Positions 20,001 through 28,763 of a DNA stretch of 64,000 bases are shown here, piece after piece. Numbering within the stretch: the first letter of the stretch is position 1; the number at the start of each line of letters is the position of its first letter. The notes under the pieces were generated by a model. It was not told the DNA's origin. It saw only the letters and a program-made list of their open reading frames with translations, and made no database searches. This stretch comes from an uncultured Gemmatimonadales bacterium (GTDB lineage Bacteria; Gemmatimonadota; Gemmatimonadetes; Gemmatimonadales; GWC2-71-9). The DNA lies in NCBI GenBank assembly GCA_963828735.1, contig CAWHFW010000005.1, positions 1,536,001 through 1,600,000 on the forward strand. The letters are read 5' to 3'. The position numbers and the translations under genes are program-made.

Positions 20001-20639
20001 CTACTCCGCGGTCAGGCGGAGCGGGCGAAGGGCGGAGCGAAGCGTGCGGGCGTCGGACGTGGTGGCGCGGACCCACCAGCGATACTCGCCGGGGGGCAGC
20101 GTATGCGCCGCGTCAGGGGTGGCGGACGTGTCGCTGGTCGCCGCCGAGGCCGCCACCGCACCCCCGGCATCCAGCAGCTCGAGCTCGTACCGGCTCGCGC
20201 CGGACACCGGCCGCCAAGCGAACGTCAGCGACTGGCCCGCCGGCATCTCGGCGCCGGGCTGCACGAGCACGATGGCCCCCGACTCGCCGTCGCCACGGGT
20301 CGTGTCGTCGGTACCGGACCGGAGCACCTGCCGACCGATTCCCACCGCGAGCAGGAGGGACGCGGCCAGGACCGCAGGCATGAACCAGGCTCGACGGCCC
20401 GCAGGCCGGGCCGCCACACCGCTCTGGGCTCCGGCTCGTTCGAGCGTGCGCAGCAGGTCGAACTCGCGCCGGCAGTCGTCGCAGCCCATGACGTGGTCCA
20501 GCGTGGCGAGGCGCGCCTCCTCGGAGCCCTCGCGGCGCGCGAGCGCCGCGATGGCCTCCGGGGCCGGATGCGGTTCCGCGCCGGCGGGCCGGCCCGCCAC
20601 GGCTGCCGTGTACAACTCGCGTAGACGTTCGTCGCTCAT
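20001..20639 (-). CDS. Zinc-binding (zf-HC2) anti-sigma factor, single TM plus extracytoplasmic beta-sandwich
   Basis: HVMGCDDC (HxxxCxxC), TM AWFMPAVLAASLLLAVGIG, FN3-like FAWRPVSGASRYELEL...YRWWVRA; ATGA overlap with sigma gene. Confidence 0.8.
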   Translation of the reverse strand: MSDERLRELYTAAVAGRPAGAEPHPAPEAIAALARREGSEEARLATLDHVMGCDDCRREFDLLRTLERAGAQSGVAARPAGRRAWFMPAVLAASLLLAVGIGRQVLRSGTDDTTRGDGESGAIVLVQPGAEMPAGQSLTFAWRPVSGASRYELELLDAGGAVAASAATSDTSATPDAAHTLPPGEYRWWVRATTSDARTLRSALRPLRLTAE

Positions 20640-21208
20640 GATGTCTCCTCGGCGCGGTCCCATCCCACGCCCATCTCCTGAAGCCGCTCGCGCAGGTCGG
20701 CGAGGCCGCGGTAGAGCAGGTTGCGGGTCTTTCCCTCGGTCCAACCCATCAGCTCGGCGATTTCCTCGCGCGGGTACCCGGTCAGGTACATCTTCACCAC
20801 GGGGCGGCGGGAAGCGGGAATCGTTTCGAGTGCCCGAGCCACTTGCTCGGCAACCTCGGACCCTTCGAGCGCTCCGTGGGGGTCGGGCGCGGGCTCGGCG
20901 ATGGTCACCGTGGTCCCTTCGTCGTCCAGGGACTGGTGGTGCTCGGCCCGGCGGGAGCGCCGGCGGCGTATCACGTCCAGGGCGGCCGAGCTCGCCGTCC
21001 GGTATACGTAAGACGTGGACACCTCGCCGATCTGCTCACTCGTCCGCTGGGCCCGCCAGAGCCGGATCCGAACCTCCTGCATCACCTCGTCCACGTCCGA
21101 GTCGTCGAGGCGGTAGCGGCGGCTCACCTGCCGGACCATCGCGCCGAAACGCTTGAGCACCGCTTCGACCGCGAGGGAGAGATGTTGTTCGGCTTCGGGC
21201 AGTGTCAT
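20636..21208 (-). CDS. ECF (sigma70 group 4) RNA polymerase sigma factor
   Basis: Region 2 DEVMQEVRIRLW; region 4 EEIAELMGWTEGKTRNLLYRGLADLR. Confidence 0.9.
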   Translation of the reverse strand: MTLPEAEQHLSLAVEAVLKRFGAMVRQVSRRYRLDDSDVDEVMQEVRIRLWRAQRTSEQIGEVSTSYVYRTASSAALDVIRRRRSRRAEHHQSLDDEGTTVTIAEPAPDPHGALEGSEVAEQVARALETIPASRRPVVKMYLTGYPREEIAELMGWTEGKTRNLLYRGLADLRERLQEMGVGWDRAEETS

Positions 21209-21259
21209 GCCGGAAGTATCGGACTCCCGACCCCGAGGCGCCAGCGCTCGGACCGCCGA

Positions 21260-22291
21260 TCACTCCATCAGCGCGAGCGCCTGATTTCCTCGGTCGCGCC
21301 ATGCCGCGCCGCAGTCGACGACGGCGGCATCGGCGCACCGGCGGGCGGCGTCGAGGAGCTGCTCGACCGAATGAAAGCCGGGAGGGCCGTCGATGTACTC
21401 GATGTGGGGCCAGTCCCACGACTGGTCCGGCGCCCCGATGAGCCGGAAGGTGTCGGCTTCATTGGCCACCACCCAGCGGCGGAATGCGATCCAGTGCGCC
21501 CGGGTGACACTGTTCCGCAGGTTGCCGTCGTCGACCACCACGTCCACCGCGAATCCCTCCGCGTGGCGCGAGGTGGCGGTGTGGGTGAGCCGGCTGTCGA
21601 GGGCGAGGAGGTAAGCCTGACGCTCGGCGGACCGGCGCGCCTCGGCGATCCGGACCCGGAACCCCGCGCGACGGGCCGCCGCCAGCACACGGGCGACGTG
21701 CGGCCGGACGACGGAGTCGAGCGATCCCAGCGAGCGATCCACTTGGTGGGTGCTGGCCGGAAAGGACTCGGGAAGGGTGGACGCCAACCGGCGCTCGAGC
21801 TCCTCCCACGACTCGCCCGGCTGGCGGACCGACGCCGCGCCTATCCGGTAGGAGCTCACCAGGTCGCGCTCACCACGATCCCAATCAGTGTCATAGGTGA
21901 GGGTGGCGCCCGGCAGTGTGTCGGACAGGTAGAGACGCTGGGGCTCCTCGATCCCGAACTCACGACGCAGCAGGTCCCGCTCTTCCTCCGAGAAGGCCCG
22001 CCCGAGGTAGCGCAGGACGCCGCGCTCGTCCCGTCCCGCGTAGGATGCACGCGGATATTCCGATACCACGCGGGCCGCAGAGGTGTGCCGCACGGCGGCC
22101 GACTCCTCGCCGTCGACGGCGTCCGTTCGATCGGCCACCGAATCGAGCGTTCGGGACGGATCGAGGGCCGCGGAGATGAGCGCGCTCAGGCCCGGCGCCA
22201 TCTGCGGCAGCGCCCGCCCTGCCGGCGTCAAGGAAAGCATCAGCGCCAAGCAGAGCGCACGTGCACGGTGTGAGAGCTGCGTCCGGTACAT
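21260..22291 (-). CDS. M15-family (LAS) metallopeptidase, peptidoglycan peptidase-like, secreted
   Basis: RRSAERQ, SRHAEGFAVD (SxHxxGxAxD), DWPHIE. Confidence 0.75.
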   Translation of the reverse strand: MYRTQLSHRARALCLALMLSLTPAGRALPQMAPGLSALISAALDPSRTLDSVADRTDAVDGEESAAVRHTSAARVVSEYPRASYAGRDERGVLRYLGRAFSEEERDLLRREFGIEEPQRLYLSDTLPGATLTYDTDWDRGERDLVSSYRIGAASVRQPGESWEELERRLASTLPESFPASTHQVDRSLGSLDSVVRPHVARVLAAARRAGFRVRIAEARRSAERQAYLLALDSRLTHTATSRHAEGFAVDVVVDDGNLRNSVTRAHWIAFRRWVVANEADTFRLIGAPDQSWDWPHIEYIDGPPGFHSVEQLLDAARRCADAAVVDCGAAWRDRGNQALALME

Positions 22292-22448
22292 CGAATCCTC
22301 GCCCAGGAGTGTGGTTGCTGGGCGTAGGACGTGGGGTAGGGGGAAGGATTCTCAGTCGGGCGATCGGCCAGCAGAGAGAGCGAATCTGGGGCGCACGAAG
22401 GGGCGTGCACTTGGCAGGCCCCTTCGCTCGTTGTCCGGCGGTGTCGGT

Positions 22449-23294
22449 CTACCTCGTCGCGATCGCTCCGCCCACCTCGAACTCCTGAATCATGCCGTGC
22501 TGGAAGTGCTGCTTACCATCCTTCCGGTCCGGGAGGAAGCAGATCAGACCATATCGTCCCGGCTGCAGCTCCACGTGCATGTAGGACGTCTGGCCAACGG
22601 CGAGCGGGCTGATGCCGCCGAGCGGGAGGCCTGGCGGATTGCCGATGCCCTGGTCGATGAACGCGATCACATCCTGCGTCGTCTTGCCGGGCGCGAGCTG
22701 CACCAGCTCGAACTCGTGCCACTGGGTCCCTTCATTGCGCACCTCGATCACGTGCTTGCCGGCGGCGAGAGGTCGCGAGAGGAAGAAGCTGTAGTCGCGG
22801 AGCGTCATCACCACGTCCGCCGAAGGGGCCTTCGCGGGCTCGCCCGACTTTACGACGGTAAGCGAGCGGACCATGCCCTTCATCAGGTGCGGGACGCCGT
22901 CCTTGCTCGGGATCAGGCAGGCGACAACGTAAAGGCCAGGCGTCAGCGTAACCGTGGCGATCGCCTCCCCGCCCTCAGGCCGCGGCGCGTTCGGACCGCC
23001 GGCATCCCTGAGCCAGCTCGGCAGCGGACCGTGCACCTTGAGCGCCTCGAGGACGTCGGCGACCGTGTGGCCGCCATCCATCCGGGAAATCCAGACGTGG
23101 TGGAACTCTTTGCCTCGATTGACCAACCGTATGGTCACGGCACCCTCGGGCAAGGTGTCCGGCATCTCCAGGGTGTAGTCGCGGGCGGTGACGGTTACGG
23201 ACGGGACTGCCTCGTCCGCGCGCTGATGAGCATAGGCCCCCAGCACCAGGGGGAGCGCTGCAAGACTTAGCAGTGCGAGTGTGGTGGACTTCAT
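22449..23294 (-). CDS. Secreted tandem cupredoxin-like protein
   Basis: Signal peptide; two repeats, each with His...C-x8/9-H-x4-M. Confidence 0.75.
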   Translation of the reverse strand: MKSTTLALLSLAALPLVLGAYAHQRADEAVPSVTVTARDYTLEMPDTLPEGAVTIRLVNRGKEFHHVWISRMDGGHTVADVLEALKVHGPLPSWLRDAGGPNAPRPEGGEAIATVTLTPGLYVVACLIPSKDGVPHLMKGMVRSLTVVKSGEPAKAPSADVVMTLRDYSFFLSRPLAAGKHVIEVRNEGTQWHEFELVQLAPGKTTQDVIAFIDQGIGNPPGLPLGGISPLAVGQTSYMHVELQPGRYGLICFLPDRKDGKQHFQHGMIQEFEVGGAIATR

Positions 23295-23414
23295 GGCATG
23301 GCTCCTTGGGATGGTGTCGTCTGCGTCTCACCATCTGACGACGCGATCTCCAATTCCTTCTCAGCGTCATGGCCCCCTGGCGGATGCCGCCGTCGGCGCT
23401 CGAAATTGGACGCC

Positions 23415-24431
23415 ATGCCACTCCGCCTGGGTGTGCTCGGCTGCGGCCGGGTCTTCGAGCGATTTCACTTGCCCGCGATCGACCATACACCCTCCACGAC
23501 CCTCGTCGGAGCGGCCGACGTCGAGGCCGCGCGGCTCGCCTGGGCAGCGAGCAGGTCCCCGCGACCCGCGCTCGGCCGCTCCCTCGAGGAGCTGCTGGCG
23601 CAGACGGACCTGGACGCGCTGCTGATCCTCACCACACCCACGGCGCACGCGGGCCTGGCGGTTCAGGCACTCGAGGCGGGCCTCCACGTGCTGGTGGAGA
23701 AGCCGATGGCGTTGACGGTGACGGAAGGCCGGAGGATGACCGATGTCGCGCGCAGCAGAGGTCGCCTCTTGCAGGTGGGACACACCCGCCGGTTCAGGGA
23801 GCCGTACGCGTGGCTCCGCGCTCGCCTCCGAGACCCGGCTGCCCCGCGACCGCTGCAGGCCCACTTCGAGCTGACGTTCCCGATCGTCGGCTGGAACGCC
23901 TATTCAGGGTTCCTCGGCGATGGAACGCGGGGCGGGGCACCGCTCGACGACGTCCTGTCCCACCAAGTGGACCTGCTGTGCTGGTGCTTCGAGGCGAAGC
24001 CCGATGCGGCCCGAGCGGAAATCGGCGCCGGCGGCGCGGTACGAGCGGAGTTCCGATTCGAGAAGGTGACCGCGACCTGCCACGCGTCGCACGGCGGCTA
24101 CGCCGAGCGCCTCGAGATGTGCATGGCCGACCGCCGAACGCTCGAGGCGACCGGCACGCGGGTGCGATTCGGCGCGGGGTCAAGCTTTCCCGGGTGGCGG
24201 CGGCAGCGGGCGATGCTGCTGGATCGGCTCACCCTGGCGGGCAACAAGCTTCGCAGGCGACCCAAGATCTCGAACACGAGCTTCGAGCTGCAGCTGCAGG
24301 ATTTCGTGCAGGCGATCGGCGGCGGCACGCAGGCAGGGGCGACTGCCGCCGAAGGGGTGCGCGTCCTCGAGGTGCTGGACGCCTGCCGCCGCAGCGCGGA
24401 GCAGCGCGGCGTCTGGATCCCGGTCGACTAG
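23415..24431 (+). CDS. Gfo/Idh/MocA oxidoreductase
   Basis: LGVLGCGRV Rossmann motif, HVLVEKPMA, DVLSHQVD. Confidence 0.88.
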   Translation: MPLRLGVLGCGRVFERFHLPAIDHTPSTTLVGAADVEAARLAWAASRSPRPALGRSLEELLAQTDLDALLILTTPTAHAGLAVQALEAGLHVLVEKPMALTVTEGRRMTDVARSRGRLLQVGHTRRFREPYAWLRARLRDPAAPRPLQAHFELTFPIVGWNAYSGFLGDGTRGGAPLDDVLSHQVDLLCWCFEAKPDAARAEIGAGGAVRAEFRFEKVTATCHASHGGYAERLEMCMADRRTLEATGTRVRFGAGSSFPGWRRQRAMLLDRLTLAGNKLRRRPKISNTSFELQLQDFVQAIGGGTQAGATAAEGVRVLEVLDACRRSAEQRGVWIPVD

Positions 24432-25958
24432 CTAGACCAATTGCCTGAGAATCTTGCCGGCGAGTGGCACGCGGGAGCGGCCGCCGATGAGATGCACTGC
24501 CGTCGGTGCCAGGTCGAGAATGTCGGCGCCGGGCTCGAGCTGGGCGCCGGCCGGGATCCCCGCGCCTCGAGCGATCAGGAATCCAAAGGGCGAATGGTTG
24601 CCGCTCCGTCCGTTCGGGATTCGCCCCGGCGTCGACCGGTCCACCCGTCCGAAGGCCGGAGACGTGAGGGCCGCGTGCGGCGCCGCCGAAGACTCGCTCC
24701 AGCGCACGATAAGGTCGGGCATGCGGTGGTTTCGCTCCCCGGCGGGGAACACCTCGTCGGCCCGGCGAACCTCCTCGATGATGGGCTCGCCCGTATCGGC
24801 GTCGCGAAAGCTCATGAGCCCGTCGGAGAGCCGGTCGCACAGCGCCCGGACATCTGACGGGGCGACGATGCCCCGCGCCTCGCGGCCCTGGACATTGAGC
24901 CGGATGTAGCCGTTGAGGTCGGCGCGCAGCGTGAACGCCGGTGTCCGCTCCCAGTTGACGCCACCGGTGGTCCATCGCGTCATGATGCGGTTCTTGATCG
25001 GCTTCGGCACGGCGTTGGTGAGCGCCCGGCGGACCGGCAGAGGCAGGGACTCACCGAGGCGGCGGAGCACGCCGCGCCGCGGGCGTTCCGCGGCCGGCCC
25101 GTTCAGCACGCGGGCGAGCATGTCGTCGAGCAGGTCCACGCGCGCGGAGTTGACCATCATGCCGTGGAGCGAGAAGACCATGACCGTGGCGTCCGGCGCG
25201 GCGGTCACCAGCTCCGCGACGGTGCGGTCGGCCGTCCGATAGAGCTCGCGCAGGGCGTTGTCGAACCACGCCGTGTGCGCCGGCGGCAGCTCGGTGTCCA
25301 CGCTGGTGCGGTCCCAGAAGCGATGTCCGCCGCGGTGAAGGGCGCCGAACACGACGACGCCCAGGTTCCACGGCCGCTCGAGCAGCCACCGCGAGAGCTC
25401 GGTCGAGCGCCTCGTGAGGTTGATCAGCTCGGCGTGCAGCTCGCGTAAGTGCGCCAGCGACGCACGGCCGTACTCGTCGGTCCGGATGGGCGACTCGCCG
25501 AACCGTTGCACCACCTCCGCCAGGAGCTCGGGCGGATGGGACTGGGGCGCCACCAGCTTGTCGTGGCTGCCCCACCCGGTGACCTCGACACCGCCGAAGG
25601 GAACCGTCCCCGGCGTCATCGGCACGTCGTGCACGATCGAGGTGACGTCCCCCTCGATTTCCCGCCAGAACGGCCGCACCGGCAGCCAGTCGGTCGCCGG
25701 AGCGGCGAAACCCATGTCCTCCTGGCGCCACTGGAAATCGTGATAGATGCCGTGGTCGGAGGGCGGCCGACCGGTATAGAATGTCGGCCAGGGGGAGCCC
25801 GTCAGATAGCGAGCCGAGGTCGACAGGCGGCCCCAGGTCCCGGCATCCCGAAGGGCACGCAGCGCGGGCAGGGTGCCATCGTCCATCCACCGCTCGACCA
25901 GTGACGCATCAGCGGCATCCAGGCCGATGAGCAGGAGTTTTCGATGATTGAGGGGCAT
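24432..25958 (-). CDS. Alkaline phosphatase superfamily (type I phosphodiesterase/NPP-like) protein
   Basis: LLLIGLDAAD, GSPWPTFYTG..P..HGIY, FSLHGM, SGNH, DLAPT; start at ATG 25958. Confidence 0.82.
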   Translation of the reverse strand: MPLNHRKLLLIGLDAADASLVERWMDDGTLPALRALRDAGTWGRLSTSARYLTGSPWPTFYTGRPPSDHGIYHDFQWRQEDMGFAAPATDWLPVRPFWREIEGDVTSIVHDVPMTPGTVPFGGVEVTGWGSHDKLVAPQSHPPELLAEVVQRFGESPIRTDEYGRASLAHLRELHAELINLTRRSTELSRWLLERPWNLGVVVFGALHRGGHRFWDRTSVDTELPPAHTAWFDNALRELYRTADRTVAELVTAAPDATVMVFSLHGMMVNSARVDLLDDMLARVLNGPAAERPRRGVLRRLGESLPLPVRRALTNAVPKPIKNRIMTRWTTGGVNWERTPAFTLRADLNGYIRLNVQGREARGIVAPSDVRALCDRLSDGLMSFRDADTGEPIIEEVRRADEVFPAGERNHRMPDLIVRWSESSAAPHAALTSPAFGRVDRSTPGRIPNGRSGNHSPFGFLIARGAGIPAGAQLEPGADILDLAPTAVHLIGGRSRVPLAGKILRQLV

Positions 25959-26046
25959 ACGGGCAAGGATCACGCGCGCCCGGCAGGAAGTCAAACCGCG
26001 GGCGAGCTGCTGGTCGTGATCGTGCCCATGCGGCACCGACCGCCGC

Positions 26047-27000
26047 CTACACGATAGGCTCGAGTCCCGCCAGGATCGCCTCCCGCTGCGGCTCCAGGAA
26101 CGGGGGCAGGGCCACATGCTCGCCGAGCGTCGCGGGATCCTCGTCAACCGCGAACCCCGGCCCATCCGTGGCGATCTCGAACAGAATCCCGTTCGGCTCG
26201 CGGAAGTAGAGGCTCCGGAAGTAGTACCGGTCCACTTCGCCGCTGTTCGGTATCCGGCTCGCGTCCAGCCGCTCCCGCCACGCGTGGTACTCCGCCTCGT
26301 TCGGAGTCCGGAAGGCCACGTGATGCACGCCACCCGCGCCGAGGCGGGCGGGCGCGAGGTCGGGTTGCTCGGCGACGTGCAGCTCCGCGCTGGGTCCGCC
26401 GTCGCCCATCTCGTAGACGTGCACGGTGTGAGCGGCGTTGTCGGGCGCAGCGTACCCGCGGACTCTCCGGAGTCCCATCATCCCGGTGAGCAGCTCATCG
26501 GTTGGGCCAAGGCGGGGCACGCTCATCACGATCGGGCCAAGCCCGCGAATCTGCCGCTCGGCCGGGACCGGGCTCCGGTCCCAGGACACGGAGCGTGCAC
26601 CCGCACCGCCATCGTCCAGCAGCGCCAGGCGCTGTCCCTCCGGATCTTCGAAATCGAGGGTCGCACGCCCGTCGCGCTCCGCCACCGCCCCGGACCGCAC
26701 GCCCAGCTCCGCGAACCGGGCGGCCCACCAGTCGAGCGCGTCACGCCCGGTCACCCTCAGACAGGTCCGCACCACGCTATGTGTGCCGCGCCGTTCGCGC
26801 GGCATCTTCCAGTCGAAGAAGGTCAGGTCGGTCCCGGGGGACCCCACCGCGTCGGCGTAGAACAGATGGTACGCGCTCACGTCGTCCTGATTGACGCTCC
26901 GCTTCACCAGGCGCATGCCCAGCGTGCGGGTATAGAAGCGATAGTTGCCGCCGATGTCGGCGGAGACCGCCGTCAGATGATGGATGCCACCGAGCTCCAT
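26047..27000 (-). CDS. Ring-cleaving dioxygenase, VOC/glyoxalase (Mhq-like)
   Basis: [60 protein letters not shown]. Confidence 0.9.
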   Translation of the reverse strand: MELGGIHHLTAVSADIGGNYRFYTRTLGMRLVKRSVNQDDVSAYHLFYADAVGSPGTDLTFFDWKMPRERRGTHSVVRTCLRVTGRDALDWWAARFAELGVRSGAVAERDGRATLDFEDPEGQRLALLDDGGAGARSVSWDRSPVPAERQIRGLGPIVMSVPRLGPTDELLTGMMGLRRVRGYAAPDNAAHTVHVYEMGDGGPSAELHVAEQPDLAPARLGAGGVHHVAFRTPNEAEYHAWRERLDASRIPNSGEVDRYYFRSLYFREPNGILFEIATDGPGFAVDEDPATLGEHVALPPFLEPQREAILAGLEPIV

Positions 27001-27094
27001 GGTCAAACTCCTCCGAGGACCTCGGAAATCTACCTTCTCCGGAGCGCGGAGTTCCGAACTGGGCGCAGGGACCGGCGCCCCCGTGACCGGGCGG

Positions 27095-27538
27095 TCACGC
27101 CCGGATGAACGTCGCCACGTCGTCGTCCCGTCGCAGCGCCGCGAGCGCCTCGGCGTCCGGCCGTTCGGGCACGTCCCGGTCGCAGTCCACCATGCAGAGA
27201 AAGCCGAGCGGCTCCTGGCCCGCCGGCTGAAACTGGTGCCAGGTGAGCGGGGGCACGCGGACGAGGTCGTGAGTGCCTGCGTCGATGATCCGGTCGCCGA
27301 CCAGCACTCGCCCAGCGCCCCGGACGATCATCACCGCATGCGCGTGGCGGTGTCGCTCGAGGGAGGACCAGCCGCCGGGTGCGATCTCGAAATAGCGAAG
27401 CTCGCAGCCGAGGCCTTCGCCTCCGACGAAGAGCACCTGACGGGTGATGCCTGCGAAGTGCGCCCCTTCACCCTTGTAGGGCTTGACCTCCACGCCGTCC
27501 CACCGAAACGGCTGGGTCTGGCGAACGTGCTCGCTCAT
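27095..27538 (-). CDS. Cupin, probable 1-methylthio-xylulose-5-phosphate methylsulfurylase (sulfurylase)
   Basis: [35 protein letters not shown] overlaps RLP stop (ATGA). Confidence 0.8.
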   Translation of the reverse strand: MSEHVRQTQPFRWDGVEVKPYKGEGAHFAGITRQVLFVGGEGLGCELRYFEIAPGGWSSLERHRHAHAVMIVRGAGRVLVGDRIIDAGTHDLVRVPPLTWHQFQPAGQEPLGFLCMVDCDRDVPERPDAEALAALRRDDDVATFIRA

Positions 27539-28662
27539 CCGACTACCTCCCATGATGCCCGCGCCACCCGATCGACCAGCGCGCGGCTCCGGTCGAACAG
27601 CCCGTCGCCCGCCTCGTACAGGCTGCCTCCGATCAGCAAGATGCACTCGACGCCGTAGAAGCCGATCAGGTCCGCCACGCGCTCGACGCGGATGCCGCCC
27701 GCGGCGACCGGAAACGCCGGCTTCACGCACGCGTGCCGCGCACGGAGCGCCCCGGCGAGCGCACGACAGGTCTCCGGGCTGTAGCTGAATCGTCCTCCGG
27801 CATGAGGGAAGATCACGGCATCGGCGCCGAACCAGCGGAACAGCTTGCCGAACAGGGCCGGCGCCTCCACGCGCGACACGCCGCCGAGCGCGGGGTGGGC
27901 GAAGAGGGGCAGGCCATCGGCAAGCGACGCGAGCTGCGCGAGCATCGGGAGTCCCGTCGTCATCGGCGAGACCAGCGCGGCCTTGGCGCCCGCGTCGCGC
28001 GCGAATCCGAGCTGTGCGAGCATCCGGTCCGGGGTTCCGATGAGATTGGGCACGTAGAGCGCACGACGGCCCGTCTCCCGTTCCGCGTCCTCGACGGCGC
28101 GGAGGCAGGCCTCCACCCGCGCCTCGTATGGACAGAACGGGTGGTCCGCCAGACCGTGGTCGTCCTTGACCACGTCGATGCCCGCGCGCGCGAACAGTCC
28201 ACACAGCGCCGCGAGACGATCCGGCGCGAGGCCCATCGGCTTGAGCGCCGTCGCGACGAGGGGGCGTCCGGTGACGCCGGTAAGCTCACGGATCCCGCCG
28301 ATGCCGGCGCGCGGGCCCGGAAGCCAGTCGAAGGCCGCAGTGGGCAGATCCACGTCGTCCAGCACGACGTCCGGCTGGAGCGAGGAGTTGCCGAAGAGCA
28401 CGTTGAGGAGCTGCGCGGGATCGCCTGCGGCAGTGGCGAGCGGCTGACTGATCGTCACCCGGTGCAGATCGCCGCCCACCAGCTCGATCCTCTCGACCGC
28501 GCCGAGGATGTGGGCCGCGACCCATGGGTCGCGTGCGGCGGTGGCGTGAGGGAGCTCGACCGTCTGCTCGAGCATGAGCGCTTCCGCGCGCGCCGCGATC
28601 TCGGCCGCCGGAGCGCGGATGAGATAGGTGACGCGCAGCGCCTCGTCCCTTCGGAGTGGCAC
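27535..28662 (-). CDS. RuBisCO-like protein (form IV), R. rubrum-type MTRu-1P isomerase-like
   Basis: EQTVE, LLNVLFGNSS, ALKPMG, VKDDHGL (KDDH in place of KDDE), HPA, FPVAAGG, LLIGG. Confidence 0.9.
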   Translation of the reverse strand: MPLRRDEALRVTYLIRAPAAEIAARAEALMLEQTVELPHATAARDPWVAAHILGAVERIELVGGDLHRVTISQPLATAAGDPAQLLNVLFGNSSLQPDVVLDDVDLPTAAFDWLPGPRAGIGGIRELTGVTGRPLVATALKPMGLAPDRLAALCGLFARAGIDVVKDDHGLADHPFCPYEARVEACLRAVEDAERETGRRALYVPNLIGTPDRMLAQLGFARDAGAKAALVSPMTTGLPMLAQLASLADGLPLFAHPALGGVSRVEAPALFGKLFRWFGADAVIFPHAGGRFSYSPETCRALAGALRARHACVKPAFPVAAGGIRVERVADLIGFYGVECILLIGGSLYEAGDGLFDRSRALVDRVARASWEVVG

Positions 28663-28703
28663 CGAACCTCCCGAGTGGTGGGCCGACCGTCCCGTTGCTC
28701 CGT

Positions 28704-28709
28704 ATTATA
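28704..28709 (-). promoter_or_regulatory. Putative sigma70 -10 box for the RLP-cupin operon
   Basis: Perfect TATAAT about 40 nt upstream of the RLP start in high-GC context; no clear -35. Confidence 0.45.
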
Positions 28710-28763
28710 TCCGCCCGGTGACCGCCGCTTGCCATTCCTCCAGGGTCCGGACACGTTCTTGCC

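Noticed and set aside
27535..28662. True RuBisCO / carbon fixation
   Set aside because: KDDH rather than KDDE motif, short length, no rbcS or prk nearby
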